Source: Promethearchaeota archaeon (GTDB lineage: Archaea > Asgardarchaeota > Lokiarchaeia > Sigyniarchaeales > SOKP01). Taken from it: 64,000 bases of DNA. Shown here in pieces: positions 9,563-18,516 of this stretch. The translations under genes and the position numbers were made by a program. Under the pieces are notes generated by a model. That model saw nothing but the letters and a program-made list of their open reading frames with translations. It was not told where the DNA came from and ran no database searches. Location of the stretch: the NCBI GenBank assembly GCA_016839765.1, contig JAEOTP010000069.1, forward strand, positions 1-64,000, given 5' to 3'. Numbering within the stretch: position 1 is the stretch's first letter; each line of letters opens with the position of its first letter.

Positions 9563-10741
9563 TTACCATCCTACAGGTAAACCTAGTAACAAAATAAAAA
9601 GTTGAATTCCTATTGGAATGAAAATTGGGTTTAAAATATTATCAGCAGTTGCAGCAGGAAAATAATCAGTTAAAAAGAATATTACAGCTCCAATTATGGC
9701 ATATATTGGACCTACAAAAATTAAACCAATAATATATGCTACAAGAACTCCTGCAATAAAACCTTCCACAGATTTTGTATCTTTACTTCTTAAAATAATC
9801 TTATGTTTGCCGTATTTCCTCCCTATCAGGGCAGCAGCCGCATCCGATAAACATGCAATGAGTATACCCGCGAAAAAAGCTCTAATATGCATAATTCCTG
9901 CCATATAAAGCATGTAAGAAAACACAAATCCAGTCATGATATAAATTTGTGGACCCAAGGCATTTTTTTCTTTATTTCTCAGAATGGAACGGCTAATAAA
10001 GTTTAAAAGTGAATATTCAGGACCCTTGAGGATTCGGAATAAATCAGATATGAGAGCAAACATTAATGCTCCTAATAAGCCCATCATAGTAAGATCGATA
10101 ACTGCCTGAAATTCCCCTATTCTATAAGGAAAAAGAGAGACATCACCCCATATAAGTTCGTATGCGGGTTCAACTTGATTAATTAACAATATTACTCCAT
10201 CGCTAATTAGTAGTGTTAAAGGGGCTAAAAAAAAAAATCCAAAGTAGCCTATAATGACAAGTATTCCCATTAAATGAAAACTTTTTCGTACCAATTCCAT
10301 TTTAAATGGAATTTCTTGTTTATAGGGATCTTCTATCATCATTTTTTCAACATATCTTCTCAAACTGGATTTTCTTTCTGATACAACCGTACTACTACTT
10401 GAATCTTTAACTTGTAAATCCATTTTATTCTTTTTTAATTTAATAATCATAACAAAAACACCATTAATAAGGAGAACCATTCCTACCCACCATACCATAA
10501 ATCCATTATAGGGATATGGGAAGAATCCCATATGAGAAGAATCTCTAAAAAAAAGATTATATAATCCAAAAATAATCAAACAAGATCCAGTAACAATTGT
10601 AGAAATTGCACCATATCGATTTTTTGCTCTATGACCTCCATATCCAATAAAAAACGTTAAAAAAGCAAAAATAAAGAGAATCAGGGATAATCCAATAGTG
10701 TATGCAATACTAACAAGGGTCCAAAAATCCATAGTTACCAA
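9563..10741 (-). CDS. CTP-dependent polyprenol/diacylglycerol kinase-like membrane protein (SEC59/DGK1/VTE5 family)
   Basis: RKSFH, SDAAAALIGRKYGK, KSVEG, ADNI; multi-TM. Confidence 0.8.
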   Translation of the reverse strand: MVTMDFWTLVSIAYTIGLSLILFIFAFLTFFIGYGGHRAKNRYGAISTIVTGSCLIIFGLYNLFFRDSSHMGFFPYPYNGFMVWWVGMVLLINGVFVMIIKLKKNKMDLQVKDSSSSTVVSERKSSLRRYVEKMMIEDPYKQEIPFKMELVRKSFHLMGILVIIGYFGFFFLAPLTLLISDGVILLINQVEPAYELIWGDVSLFPYRIGEFQAVIDLTMMGLLGALMFALISDLFRILKGPEYSLLNFISRSILRNKEKNALGPQIYIMTGFVFSYMLYMAGIMHIRAFFAGILIACLSDAAAALIGRKYGKHKIILRSKDTKSVEGFIAGVLVAYIIGLIFVGPIYAIIGAVIFFLTDYFPAATADNILNPIFIPIGIQLFILLLGLPVGW

Positions 10742-10827
10742 TTAAATAACTTATTATTAGCATCAATCTAATTATTTTTATAATTAATAATCAAATAATT
10801 ATTCTTTGGTTTCTAAAGATCCTTGTA

Positions 10828-11889
10828 ATGAACCTATTAGAAACAGATTTCGTTAAAACTTTAAAAAAAGAAAAAACAAAATCAGTTCCAATATACTGTC
10901 CAGGATACCCTGAATTGGATTTCTTAAAAATTTACCAAGATCTCTATAATATCGAAATTGATCCTACAAAATTTATTTTGATTGAGAAGAATTATGATAT
11001 AATTAAAAAAATGGGCTTTGATGCTATCTCTTTATGGGATTTCAGACGAGGAAAAGGAGGTTATCAAATAAATAAGCAGGTTAGGGTAGATGGTTGGGGA
11101 AGATTATATAAAAATGACTGGTATCTTTGGGATGGTGTTTTCAAAGATGAAAAAACAGTCGATAATTGGGAGCACCTACAACTTCCATCTAAGGAAAGCT
11201 TAAGGCTATTAGAAAAATTTTTACCTAAATTAAGAGATAAATTAACTATTGTTTTATCCTTGCCTGGATTATTTGAAAAAACATGGCAATCAATGGGGCT
11301 TATTTATTTCTCAAAATGTTTAAAAAAAAATAACTTATCTTTTATTCAAAAGGTGGTAGACTTTTTCTCAGATTATATAAAGAGCTTAGTTTCAACTCTA
11401 GAAAATATTGGAGTGGATTTATTTCTTGTTGCTGACGACTGTGGCTATAAAAATAATGAATTCATCCCAAAAGCGATGTGGAAAAAACTATTTTTTGAAA
11501 AGTATTATAATATCGTTAATTCTATACACAACCATGATAAATTAGTTATATTACACTCTGATGGTTATATCTCTAATTTATTTGATATATTTATTAAAAT
11601 TGGATTTGATGGAATTCAAAGTTTGGAACCTTCTGCAGGAGTGAATATTTTTTCTCTTTTTGAGAAATTTATGAATAGAATTTGTTTTATTGGCAATCTA
11701 GATATTTCATTTTTAGCCTATGGGACTCCTATTCAAATTAAAAATTATGTTATTAAGTTATTATCAAAAGCAAAAGAAACTACAACACCTCTTATTGTCA
11801 GCCCTACTCATCAAATAAATGCAATTGCCAAACCTGAAAATATTAGAATTATGATTGAAACCGTAAAAAATTACAATTTCTTGGTTTAA
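10828..11889 (+). CDS. uroporphyrinogen decarboxylase/MtaA-CmuA family protein
   Basis: ADDCG, LHSDG, SLEP, CFIGNLD, PENI motifs. Confidence 0.85.
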   Translation: MNLLETDFVKTLKKEKTKSVPIYCPGYPELDFLKIYQDLYNIEIDPTKFILIEKNYDIIKKMGFDAISLWDFRRGKGGYQINKQVRVDGWGRLYKNDWYLWDGVFKDEKTVDNWEHLQLPSKESLRLLEKFLPKLRDKLTIVLSLPGLFEKTWQSMGLIYFSKCLKKNNLSFIQKVVDFFSDYIKSLVSTLENIGVDLFLVADDCGYKNNEFIPKAMWKKLFFEKYYNIVNSIHNHDKLVILHSDGYISNLFDIFIKIGFDGIQSLEPSAGVNIFSLFEKFMNRICFIGNLDISFLAYGTPIQIKNYVIKLLSKAKETTTPLIVSPTHQINAIAKPENIRIMIETVKNYNFLV

Positions 11890-12108
11890 AATTTATAGTT
11901 GACTTTAAAACCAACTTTATTAAGAAAAAGTACTTTTATCCAGATATTATACAAGTTAATAAACTAATAATAAAGAACATTTTTATATATAAAACGAATA
12001 ACAAAAAATAAATACCACAATCTACTTTAAATATAAATATGGTTTAAGATAATTATTATCTAATAAAATATCAACTTCTTTTAATATTAACCAAAAGTGA
12101 AGGAGAAA

Positions 12109-12489
12109 TTGAGCCAAATGGATGCTAGTACCCCCGAAACACTTGATGACCTATTAAAAAAGCTCCTTGCAGCTATTCCGGAAGTGAAAGCTGCAGCAAT
12201 AGTCTCTGCTGAAGGACTTCCAATTGCTTCAGCTCTTCCGCGTGATGTTGATGAAACAAGAATCGCCGCAATGACCGCCGCTTTACTCTCCTTATCTGAA
12301 AGGGCTATTATAGAGATGAATAAAGGAGATTTTGACCAGTTATATATAAAAGGGAGCGACGGATACCTCCTAATCCTACAAGCAGGTCCCAATGCTGTGT
12401 TAACAGTCTCCGCTGATAAAGACGTACGACTTGGGTTAATCTTACTAGATTGTAGAAGAACGTGTGAAAAAATAGCTCAATTAATTTAA
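12109..12489 (+). CDS. roadblock/LC7 (MglB-like) protein
   Basis: AAAIVSAEGLPIASALP...IAAMTAALLSLSER; TTG start after AAGGAG (alternatives 12097 or 12118). Confidence 0.92.
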   Translation: MSQMDASTPETLDDLLKKLLAAIPEVKAAAIVSAEGLPIASALPRDVDETRIAAMTAALLSLSERAIIEMNKGDFDQLYIKGSDGYLLILQAGPNAVLTVSADKDVRLGLILLDCRRTCEKIAQLI

Positions 12490-12607
12490 ATTTGAGTTTT
12501 AGTAATCTTATATTTGATTCTCTAATTGTAGGAAAACCAAAAATTATTAATTTTATGCTACATTTAAAATTTCAATTATAGTTCATCTATTTAACTGGTG
12601 TATAGTC

Positions 12608-13201
12608 ATTTTCAAACTTTTTCAAATTCAAGGGAAAATTGAGATTCCACCGTTTTTATTTGACCAACCAAAGGATGTTTCTGCCCGTATAATTCTATCT
12701 GAGGATTATGAGGGGATTATTACTAGAGATTATGGATTTATTATTGCAATAGTGGATGTTGTTGACGTGGGCCCTGGAATAATAATTCCTGGGAATGCAA
12801 ACACATTTCATGAGGTTGAATTTACAATCCTTTCTTTTAAACCGGTGATATCTGAAGTAGTGGAAGGAGAGGTAGTAGAAATTGTTGATTTTGGGTCTTT
12901 TATAAGACTAGGACCACTTGATGGATTGGTTCATGTTTCACAAATATGCGATGATTATATTTCATATGAACAAGTAGGCAATCGATTTATAGGGAAAGAA
13001 ACAGGAAAAATACTTGAAGTAAATGATATTGTGCGTGCTAAAATCATAGCAGTATCATTAGGTACTGGAAGGAGTGGAAAATTGGGTTTAACTATGAGAC
13101 AAAAATTTTTGGGAAAAGAAGATTGGATCGAACAAGATATTGAGGATGAGTATAGTGAAAAAGGAGAAGAAACAGCTAATAAAAAAGAGAATAAAAAATA
13201 A
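12608..13201 (+). CDS. rpoE1: DNA-directed RNA polymerase subunit Rpo7 (E'), ATT start
   Basis: Frame extends upstream of the ORF-track GTG to (I)FKLFQIQGKIEIPP, the conserved Rpo7 N-terminus; S1 domain EGEVVEIVDFGSFIRLGPLDGLVHVSQI; GGTG 7 nt upstream of ATT. Confidence 0.92.
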   Translation: MFKLFQIQGKIEIPPFLFDQPKDVSARIILSEDYEGIITRDYGFIIAIVDVVDVGPGIIIPGNANTFHEVEFTILSFKPVISEVVEGEVVEIVDFGSFIRLGPLDGLVHVSQICDDYISYEQVGNRFIGKETGKILEVNDIVRAKIIAVSLGTGRSGKLGLTMRQKFLGKEDWIEQDIEDEYSEKGEETANKKENKK

Positions 13202-13222
13202 AGATAATGAGGTGAATTACAA

Positions 13223-13414
13223 ATTTCAAAAGACCGAGCTTGTAAAAACTGTCATTTAATAACTAAAAATGAACAAATTTGCCCTAAATGTAAAACCCAT
13301 AGTCTAAGTGATGATTTTACGGGAGAAGTTATAATAATAAAACCTCAAGAGTCAAAATTTGCAGAATATCTGAAAATTCATTTTCCTGGAAAATATGCTT
13401 TAAGAGTCCGTTAA
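13223..13414 (+). CDS. spt4: transcription elongation factor Spt4 (RpoE2), ATT start
   Basis: (I)SKDRACKNCHLI...CPKC...SDDFTG...PGKYALRVR; GAGGTGA SD; missed by ORF track. Confidence 0.92.
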   Translation: MSKDRACKNCHLITKNEQICPKCKTHSLSDDFTGEVIIIKPQESKFAEYLKIHFPGKYALRVR

Positions 13415-13422
13415 AAAGCAAT

Positions 13423-14010
13423 CTACTCCTTTTGCATAATCGATAAAAATTTTTTTACTGTGTTTTGAATTCTCCTATTTACATCAACCATAACAATACC
13501 TTCTGGAATGGGATTTTTAGAATCGGTTATGGGAGGTTGCCCGTAAAACACTAAGCTTTTTAAATTTTGAATAAGAGGTAAAGTTATAACAAGAGGAAGT
13601 ACCAATAGATCTTCTTCCCCTTCGATTATTTTTAATAAAATTCTTTTATTTGATATTATCATTTGGTTTAATAGATTAAAACTTTCTTTACGTATTGTAC
13701 CTTTTGGATTCTTAAATTCAATTATTTCCTCAAAATATTCTTCATATCGTATTTTAATTTGACTTCTCTGAGTTTTTTCATCAACAATACATAGCTTAAT
13801 AAATTCTCTTAAAAATTGATTTATGAGAAAATCATTAGTGACAATATCCCCAACAAGATATACATTAATTTTAAACCCAGAATTTAAGAATTCTTTTATT
13901 AAACTCTCCACCTTAGGAATTGTTTCCGACCTAGATCCTGCAATTAATTTTCCTAATGGCTGTGTAAATCTATGCCTCCCTTTTTCGGGGATTTTAAGAT
14001 TTTCATGCAT
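13423..14010 (-). CDS. GTP-dependent dephospho-CoA kinase (DUF359 family)
   Basis: VGDIVT, VDEKTQR, NPKGTI, IEGEEDLL, YGQP motifs. Confidence 0.88.
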   Translation of the reverse strand: MHENLKIPEKGRHRFTQPLGKLIAGSRSETIPKVESLIKEFLNSGFKINVYLVGDIVTNDFLINQFLREFIKLCIVDEKTQRSQIKIRYEEYFEEIIEFKNPKGTIRKESFNLLNQMIISNKRILLKIIEGEEDLLVLPLVITLPLIQNLKSLVFYGQPPITDSKNPIPEGIVMVDVNRRIQNTVKKFLSIMQKE

Positions 14011-14300
14011 TTCCTTATCTTAAATTTTATTTTTTAAATTAATAGTTAGTACTAATAAAATTAACCATAAGAATATACTGCTTATGAAAGTAATAGAAAA
14101 AACGCCTACTTAAACATTTTTCAGCCAGAAAAAGTATCCATAATAAAATCTTTATTTTCCAGTTAAAGACCCTAATTTGTGCTATAGTCTATTCAAAAAA
14201 ACCAAAATTTTAATTCTTATAGTGCTTTGATCTTAAATAACTTAGAATAATCTTTAAATTAACTGATTGATTCAGAATTATACTACTTAAAAGGTTCATT

Positions 14301-14654
14301 ATGCCGCTAAATATTGAAATTTTAGAAGAGAAGAAAAATCCGCTGATAAACAGGATTGAATTAAGATTTAAAATCGATCATTTTGCTGAAGGAACTCCGA
14401 ATAGATTAGAAATAAAAAAGAAAATTGCTAAGATGAGCAAAGCAAATGAAAAATTAACCATAATCAGTGATATTAAGACACATTTTGGTTCCGCTCATGA
14501 TGTAGGTACTGCTCATATATATGAAAACGCAAATGCATTGCAATATTTTGAACCCTTTCATATCCAAGCAAGGAATCTAGAAAAAGAAAAAAGAACGGAA
14601 ATCTATAAATTGAAAAAGAGGAAAGAACCTTATAAACATCTATTTGATTATTAA
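14301..14654 (+). CDS. rps24e: ribosomal protein eS24
   Basis: NPLINRIE, GTPNRLE, THFG, AHIYE motifs and operon context. Confidence 0.92.
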   Translation: MPLNIEILEEKKNPLINRIELRFKIDHFAEGTPNRLEIKKKIAKMSKANEKLTIISDIKTHFGSAHDVGTAHIYENANALQYFEPFHIQARNLEKEKRTEIYKLKKRKEPYKHLFDY

Positions 14655-14684
14655 TAAGTAATTAACTTTGAAATTGAAGGAAAT

Positions 14685-14934
14685 ATGACGAATGTATCAA
14701 ATTTATATAAAATTGAAGGAAATAAATTAGTTAGAACCCATAGAACATGTCCTAAGTGTGGACCTGCCTATTTTCTCGCAGACCACTATGATAGATGGTG
14801 AGATTAAACTCATTATCCATAAAAGATCGTCTTGTGGGAAATGTGGCTACACAATATTTAAAAGAAAGGGAACTAAAGGAGCAAAAAGAGTAGCAACGAA
14901 AAGAACTCCTAGAAGACGTATGAAATCAAAGTAA
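14685..14934 (+). CDS. rps27ae: ribosomal protein eS31 (S27ae), two exons 14685-14792 and 14824-14934; 72 aa after splicing
   Basis: Exon 1 [36 protein letters not shown] plus exon 2 [16 protein letters not shown]...; canonical position between rps24e and kae1. Confidence 0.9.
14793..14823 (+). other. putative 31-nt bulge-helix-bulge (BHB) intron in rps27ae mRNA
   Basis: 4-bp helix TATG/CATA, 3-nt bulges ATA and AAA, 9-bp intron stem GATGGTGAG/CTCATTATC; canonical cuts restore the frame. Confidence 0.8.
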
Positions 14935-14998
14935 TCTCTTAGAGCTTAGTCTATTTTTTTTCTTAAATTCTCGCTAATAAACAAAATTGGCGAATATA

Positions 14999-16009
14999 AT
15001 GAAATCTAATAAAATAGCCCTTGGTATAGAATCAACTGCGCATACATGGGGTGTTGGGCTTGTCGATTTTACAGGGAAGGTTTTAAGTTTAGTAAATGAT
15101 GTATTTGTACCTGAAAAAGGAGGGCTTCATCCTGCTTTGGTTAGGGAGCAACATTTGAATAATTTCACAAGAGTTATTAATGAGGCTCTTACTCAAGCTA
15201 AATGTTCAATTAAAGATATTAATTTGTTAGCTTTCAGTCAAAGTCCTGGTTTAGGGCCTGTATTGAAAATAGGAGCACTTGTAGCACGTATGCTGGGTCA
15301 ACTTTTAAAAATCCCTATAATTGGAGTAAACCATTGTATTGCCCATATAGAAATAGGAAGATTAATGTGTAATATTGATGATCCCCTCTCTCTCTATGTG
15401 TCTGGTGGTAATACTATTGTGAGTGCCTATGAATCTGGAAGATATCAAATTTTTGGAGAGACATTAGACATTCCTATAGGTAATTTACTTGATTCATTTG
15501 CTAGAGAAGCAGAAATTCCTCATCCTGGGGGTCCCAAAATAGAAAATTTGGCTAAAAAATCAAAAAAATATCTCACTTTACCTTATGTGGTTAAAGGAAT
15601 GGATCTATCGTTTTCAGGACTTTTTACAGCAGCTAAAAGATTATTAGAATCTGAAAAATATGAAAAAGAATATAATTTATGTGATATTGCTTTTTCTCTT
15701 CAAGAGACTGCATTTGCAATGCTTACTGAAGTCACAGAAAGAGCCCTTGCTCACACAGAAAAGACTGAAGTTTTACTAACAGGGGGAGTAGCGGCAAATA
15801 AAAGATTACAACAAATGATTAATTCAATTAGCGATGAGCATAATGCAAAGTTCGAAGTTGTACCCCTAAAATATGCAGGGGATAATGGTGCAATGATTGC
15901 TTGGACAGGGATATTAAGGTATAAGAGTAAAGGAGAATTTAACCTTACAGAAACAATTATAAATCCAAAAGAAAGGATGGATAATATTTCTATTCCGTGG
16001 AGAAGCTAG
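14999..16009 (+). CDS. kae1: KEOPS N6-threonylcarbamoyltransferase Kae1
   Basis: GIESTAHT, VNHCIAHIE, SGGNT, GETLDI, GDNGAMIA. Confidence 0.96.
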   Translation: MKSNKIALGIESTAHTWGVGLVDFTGKVLSLVNDVFVPEKGGLHPALVREQHLNNFTRVINEALTQAKCSIKDINLLAFSQSPGLGPVLKIGALVARMLGQLLKIPIIGVNHCIAHIEIGRLMCNIDDPLSLYVSGGNTIVSAYESGRYQIFGETLDIPIGNLLDSFAREAEIPHPGGPKIENLAKKSKKYLTLPYVVKGMDLSFSGLFTAAKRLLESEKYEKEYNLCDIAFSLQETAFAMLTEVTERALAHTEKTEVLLTGGVAANKRLQQMINSISDEHNAKFEVVPLKYAGDNGAMIAWTGILRYKSKGEFNLTETIINPKERMDNISIPWRS

Positions 16010-16023
16010 GTGATAAATTAGGA

Positions 16024-16698
16024 ATGACTAGAAATATCACTAAAGAGAAATTGCTTCATAAAGGTGCAGAAGCAAGTTTATTTTATGGTCACTGGTTTGG
16101 TAAAGAAGTTATCTTCAAACATAGGATTATTAAGGATTATAGAATTGAACAACTTGATAGAAAAATTCGAACAGTAAGAACATTAAATGAAGCTCGAGCC
16201 CTTATAAAGGTAAAAGAATATAGAATTAACACACCACAAGTATATGAGATTGATACAGAAAGCTCCACAATAATTATGAAATATATCTCTGGTTCTAAGC
16301 TAAAAAATTTAATTAAAACTCTAAATATCTCTAAAAAAAAAGAGATTTTCACTAATCTGGGTCGAATTATCGCAATTTTACATATTAATGGACATATTCA
16401 TGGCGATATTACCACCAGTAATATAATATTAACATCAAGCGAAGATATTTTCCTTATTGATTTTGGACTTCATGATTATTCGGATTCTATCGAAGATAAA
16501 AGTGTTGATATCCATCTTTTAAAAAGAGTATTAATTTCTTCGCATGGAGATGATTTTAAGTTATGTTTTAATGCTTTTCTTGAGGGTTATAAATCAGAGT
16601 ATAGAGAAAGAGGAAATAATGCTTATAATGATATTATTAAAAATATCTCTATTATAGAAACTAGAGGGCGATATGTAAAAAAAGAAAATCGATTATGA
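16024..16698 (+). CDS. bud32: KEOPS kinase Bud32
   Basis: KGAEA, HGDITTSN, IDFGL, RGRY; adjacent to kae1. Confidence 0.95.
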   Translation: MTRNITKEKLLHKGAEASLFYGHWFGKEVIFKHRIIKDYRIEQLDRKIRTVRTLNEARALIKVKEYRINTPQVYEIDTESSTIIMKYISGSKLKNLIKTLNISKKKEIFTNLGRIIAILHINGHIHGDITTSNIILTSSEDIFLIDFGLHDYSDSIEDKSVDIHLLKRVLISSHGDDFKLCFNAFLEGYKSEYRERGNNAYNDIIKNISIIETRGRYVKKENRL

Positions 16699-16965
16699 TA
16701 GTAAAACATTTTCAATTTAAATATATAAATACCCTAATAATCGTTCATATTCTAATTAAATTTATCGAAACAATTTAGTAATGATATAGAATGCTTTAAA
16801 TACTTTATATAGGGAGAGATAATTTTATAAACAAGTTTTACTTATAATTTATTATCAAAAAGTTGGAATAAATTAAGGGTAGCGATTATTTTTGTTATCA
16901 TTTTTCCTCCTAAGATGGATCTCGGCTATTATTCCAAAAAAATAACAGGACAGGAGTAAGGAGAA

Positions 16966-17166
16966 TTGTCAGATAAAAAGAAAAAGAAAAAACCAACAAT
17001 GCAAAATATTACTATCAATATTCCTGAATGTTACGATAAAAATATTCAAAAGTTAATAGCGATGAAAATTGTGCCAAGTCGCTCTGAAGCAATTAGAACT
17101 GCATTACGAGAATTTTTACACAATGAATATAAGAATTTAAAACTTCTTGGCTATTTTGATGAGTAA
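16966..17166 (+). CDS. ribbon-helix-helix (CopG/MetJ) protein
   Basis: NITINIP...SRSEAIRTALREFL. Confidence 0.85.
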   Translation: MSDKKKKKKPTMQNITINIPECYDKNIQKLIAMKIVPSRSEAIRTALREFLHNEYKNLKLLGYFDE

Positions 17167-17182
17167 CTTTTTAAAATAAAAT

Positions 17183-17428
17183 TTATCGTCTTTTTCTTAT
17201 TTTTCTAGCTTCTCTTTCTACTTCTCTTAAAACTATAATATCACTTTCTCGTACAGGACCTTTAACATTCCTTGTTAAAATACGATTCTTGTCTGGACCC
17301 TCTAAAATTCTTACTTTAATTTGATTAATCTCGCCAGTTAATCCAGTTCTACCAACAATTTGGATAACTTCTGCAGGAATAGATGAATCCACAAATTGAG
17401 TTCCTTTTGATTTATCTAACTTGACCAA
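17183..17428 (-). CDS. rps28e: ribosomal protein eS28
   Basis: [25 protein letters not shown]. Confidence 0.96.
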   Translation of the reverse strand: MVKLDKSKGTQFVDSSIPAEVIQIVGRTGLTGEINQIKVRILEGPDKNRILTRNVKGPVRESDIIVLREVEREARKIRKRR

Positions 17429-17443
17429 ATTTTTTCCACCAAC

Positions 17444-17815
17444 TTACTTCTTTAAATCCTCTAGTTTCTTGATTACTGCATCTAAAACATTGTCATTTCC
17501 TGTTCCTAGATTTTCTATAGCGATAGCTGATGCTCCTACATTAATCCTAACGGTATTTCCTAATTCTTTTTTTGAAGATAAATATGCATAAGGTATTAAT
17601 TTTTCTTCACATAGTAATGGTACATGAAAAAGTATCTCTGGAGGGCTTACATCTTCAGCCATTACTACAATCTTAGCATTATTTCTTTCAATAGATTTAG
17701 TCACTTCATTCATTCCTTTTCTTATTTTAGAATCTCGAGATTCTGCTATTTTACTTAATACATTCTTTAATTCATTCTTTAAATTATCAGGAACTTTAAA
17801 TTTTACATAACTCAT
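17444..17815 (-). CDS. rpl7ae: ribosomal protein eL8 (L7Ae)
   Basis: MSYVKF, KGMNEVTKSIER, AEDVSPPEI, LCEEK. Confidence 0.96.
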   Translation of the reverse strand: MSYVKFKVPDNLKNELKNVLSKIAESRDSKIRKGMNEVTKSIERNNAKIVVMAEDVSPPEILFHVPLLCEEKLIPYAYLSSKKELGNTVRINVGASAIAIENLGTGNDNVLDAVIKKLEDLKK

Positions 17816-18017
17816 TTTGTTCTCCTTCAAATATATAATTTTTAATATATTATCATAAATCATCGATTTGTATTGAGATTAAAAATAATGGATATAAAAA
17901 AAATTTTTGCTTAATTTAGCTTTTTTATCCTTAATTTTCAAAAAATTTTTTTCCTTTAAAATTTAGAAGATAGAAAATAAAAATCATAAAGATTACACAA
18001 ATATCCTAATTATACTA

Positions 18018-18323
18018 CTACACAGAATTTAATGTGTTTTTTTCTTTATTTTTAAGAGCGTTTAATGCTTCAGTAGCACTCTCCACAACCTTTATGATCT
18101 TCCTTGATGCAGAATGACATCCTGTTTTATCAAGAAAATAAGCTAATTTGATTAGATCTTGGACTGCTTGCACTAGTTCTTGCTTTCCAAAATATTCCCT
18201 AAGCAAATCTTGCAGTTGTTCAACCGCATAATCGTCGAACTCAATTGGCTCAACCCCTTTATAAGCCATTCCCATTGCCCTTTCAACAATTGGGTGAATC
18301 TGTCTTTTTTGATCTTCTGTCAT
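18018..18323 (-). CDS. hypothetical helical protein
   Basis: 101-aa ORF with plausible composition. Confidence 0.55.
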   Translation of the reverse strand: MTEDQKRQIHPIVERAMGMAYKGVEPIEFDDYAVEQLQDLLREYFGKQELVQAVQDLIKLAYFLDKTGCHSASRKIIKVVESATEALNALKNKEKNTLNSV

Positions 18324-18516
18324 TCTTATTCTTTTGATATGATTCTAAAGGGATTTCTAGACTAATTATAAATTTAGAACTTATAATTGTTGGGGTCACC
18401 AAATAAAATAGACGAAAGATTTATTGATAGGAATGGATGAAAGTAGAATTACGAAATAATAAAAAATTAATTAATTAAAAAAAAATTAATAATAAAAAAA
18501 TTAGAGATTGATAAAA

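Noticed and set aside
14040-14200. Possible decayed membrane-protein frame on the minus strand between DUF359 and rps24e
   Set aside because: Multiple stops and no recognisable family; hydrophobic reading is expected from AT-rich DNA.
14799-14801. Selenocysteine or stop readthrough of the TGA in rps27ae
   Set aside because: A TAA follows two codons later and exon 2 is in a different frame, so readthrough cannot restore the protein.
14798-14825. Spliceosomal-looking GTGAG...AAAG (GT-AG) boundaries inside the eS31 insert
   Set aside because: Removing this 28-nt segment yields GAT AGA TGA, an in-frame stop. The BHB cut sites give a clean product, and archaea have no known spliceosome.
14793-14827. 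Insert as a mini-transposon footprint (AGAT direct repeat at both junctions) making rps27ae a pseudogene
   Set aside because: Not fully excluded, but both exons are intact and the precise 3-4-3 BHB geometry with frame-restoring cut sites is better explained by a spliced intron.
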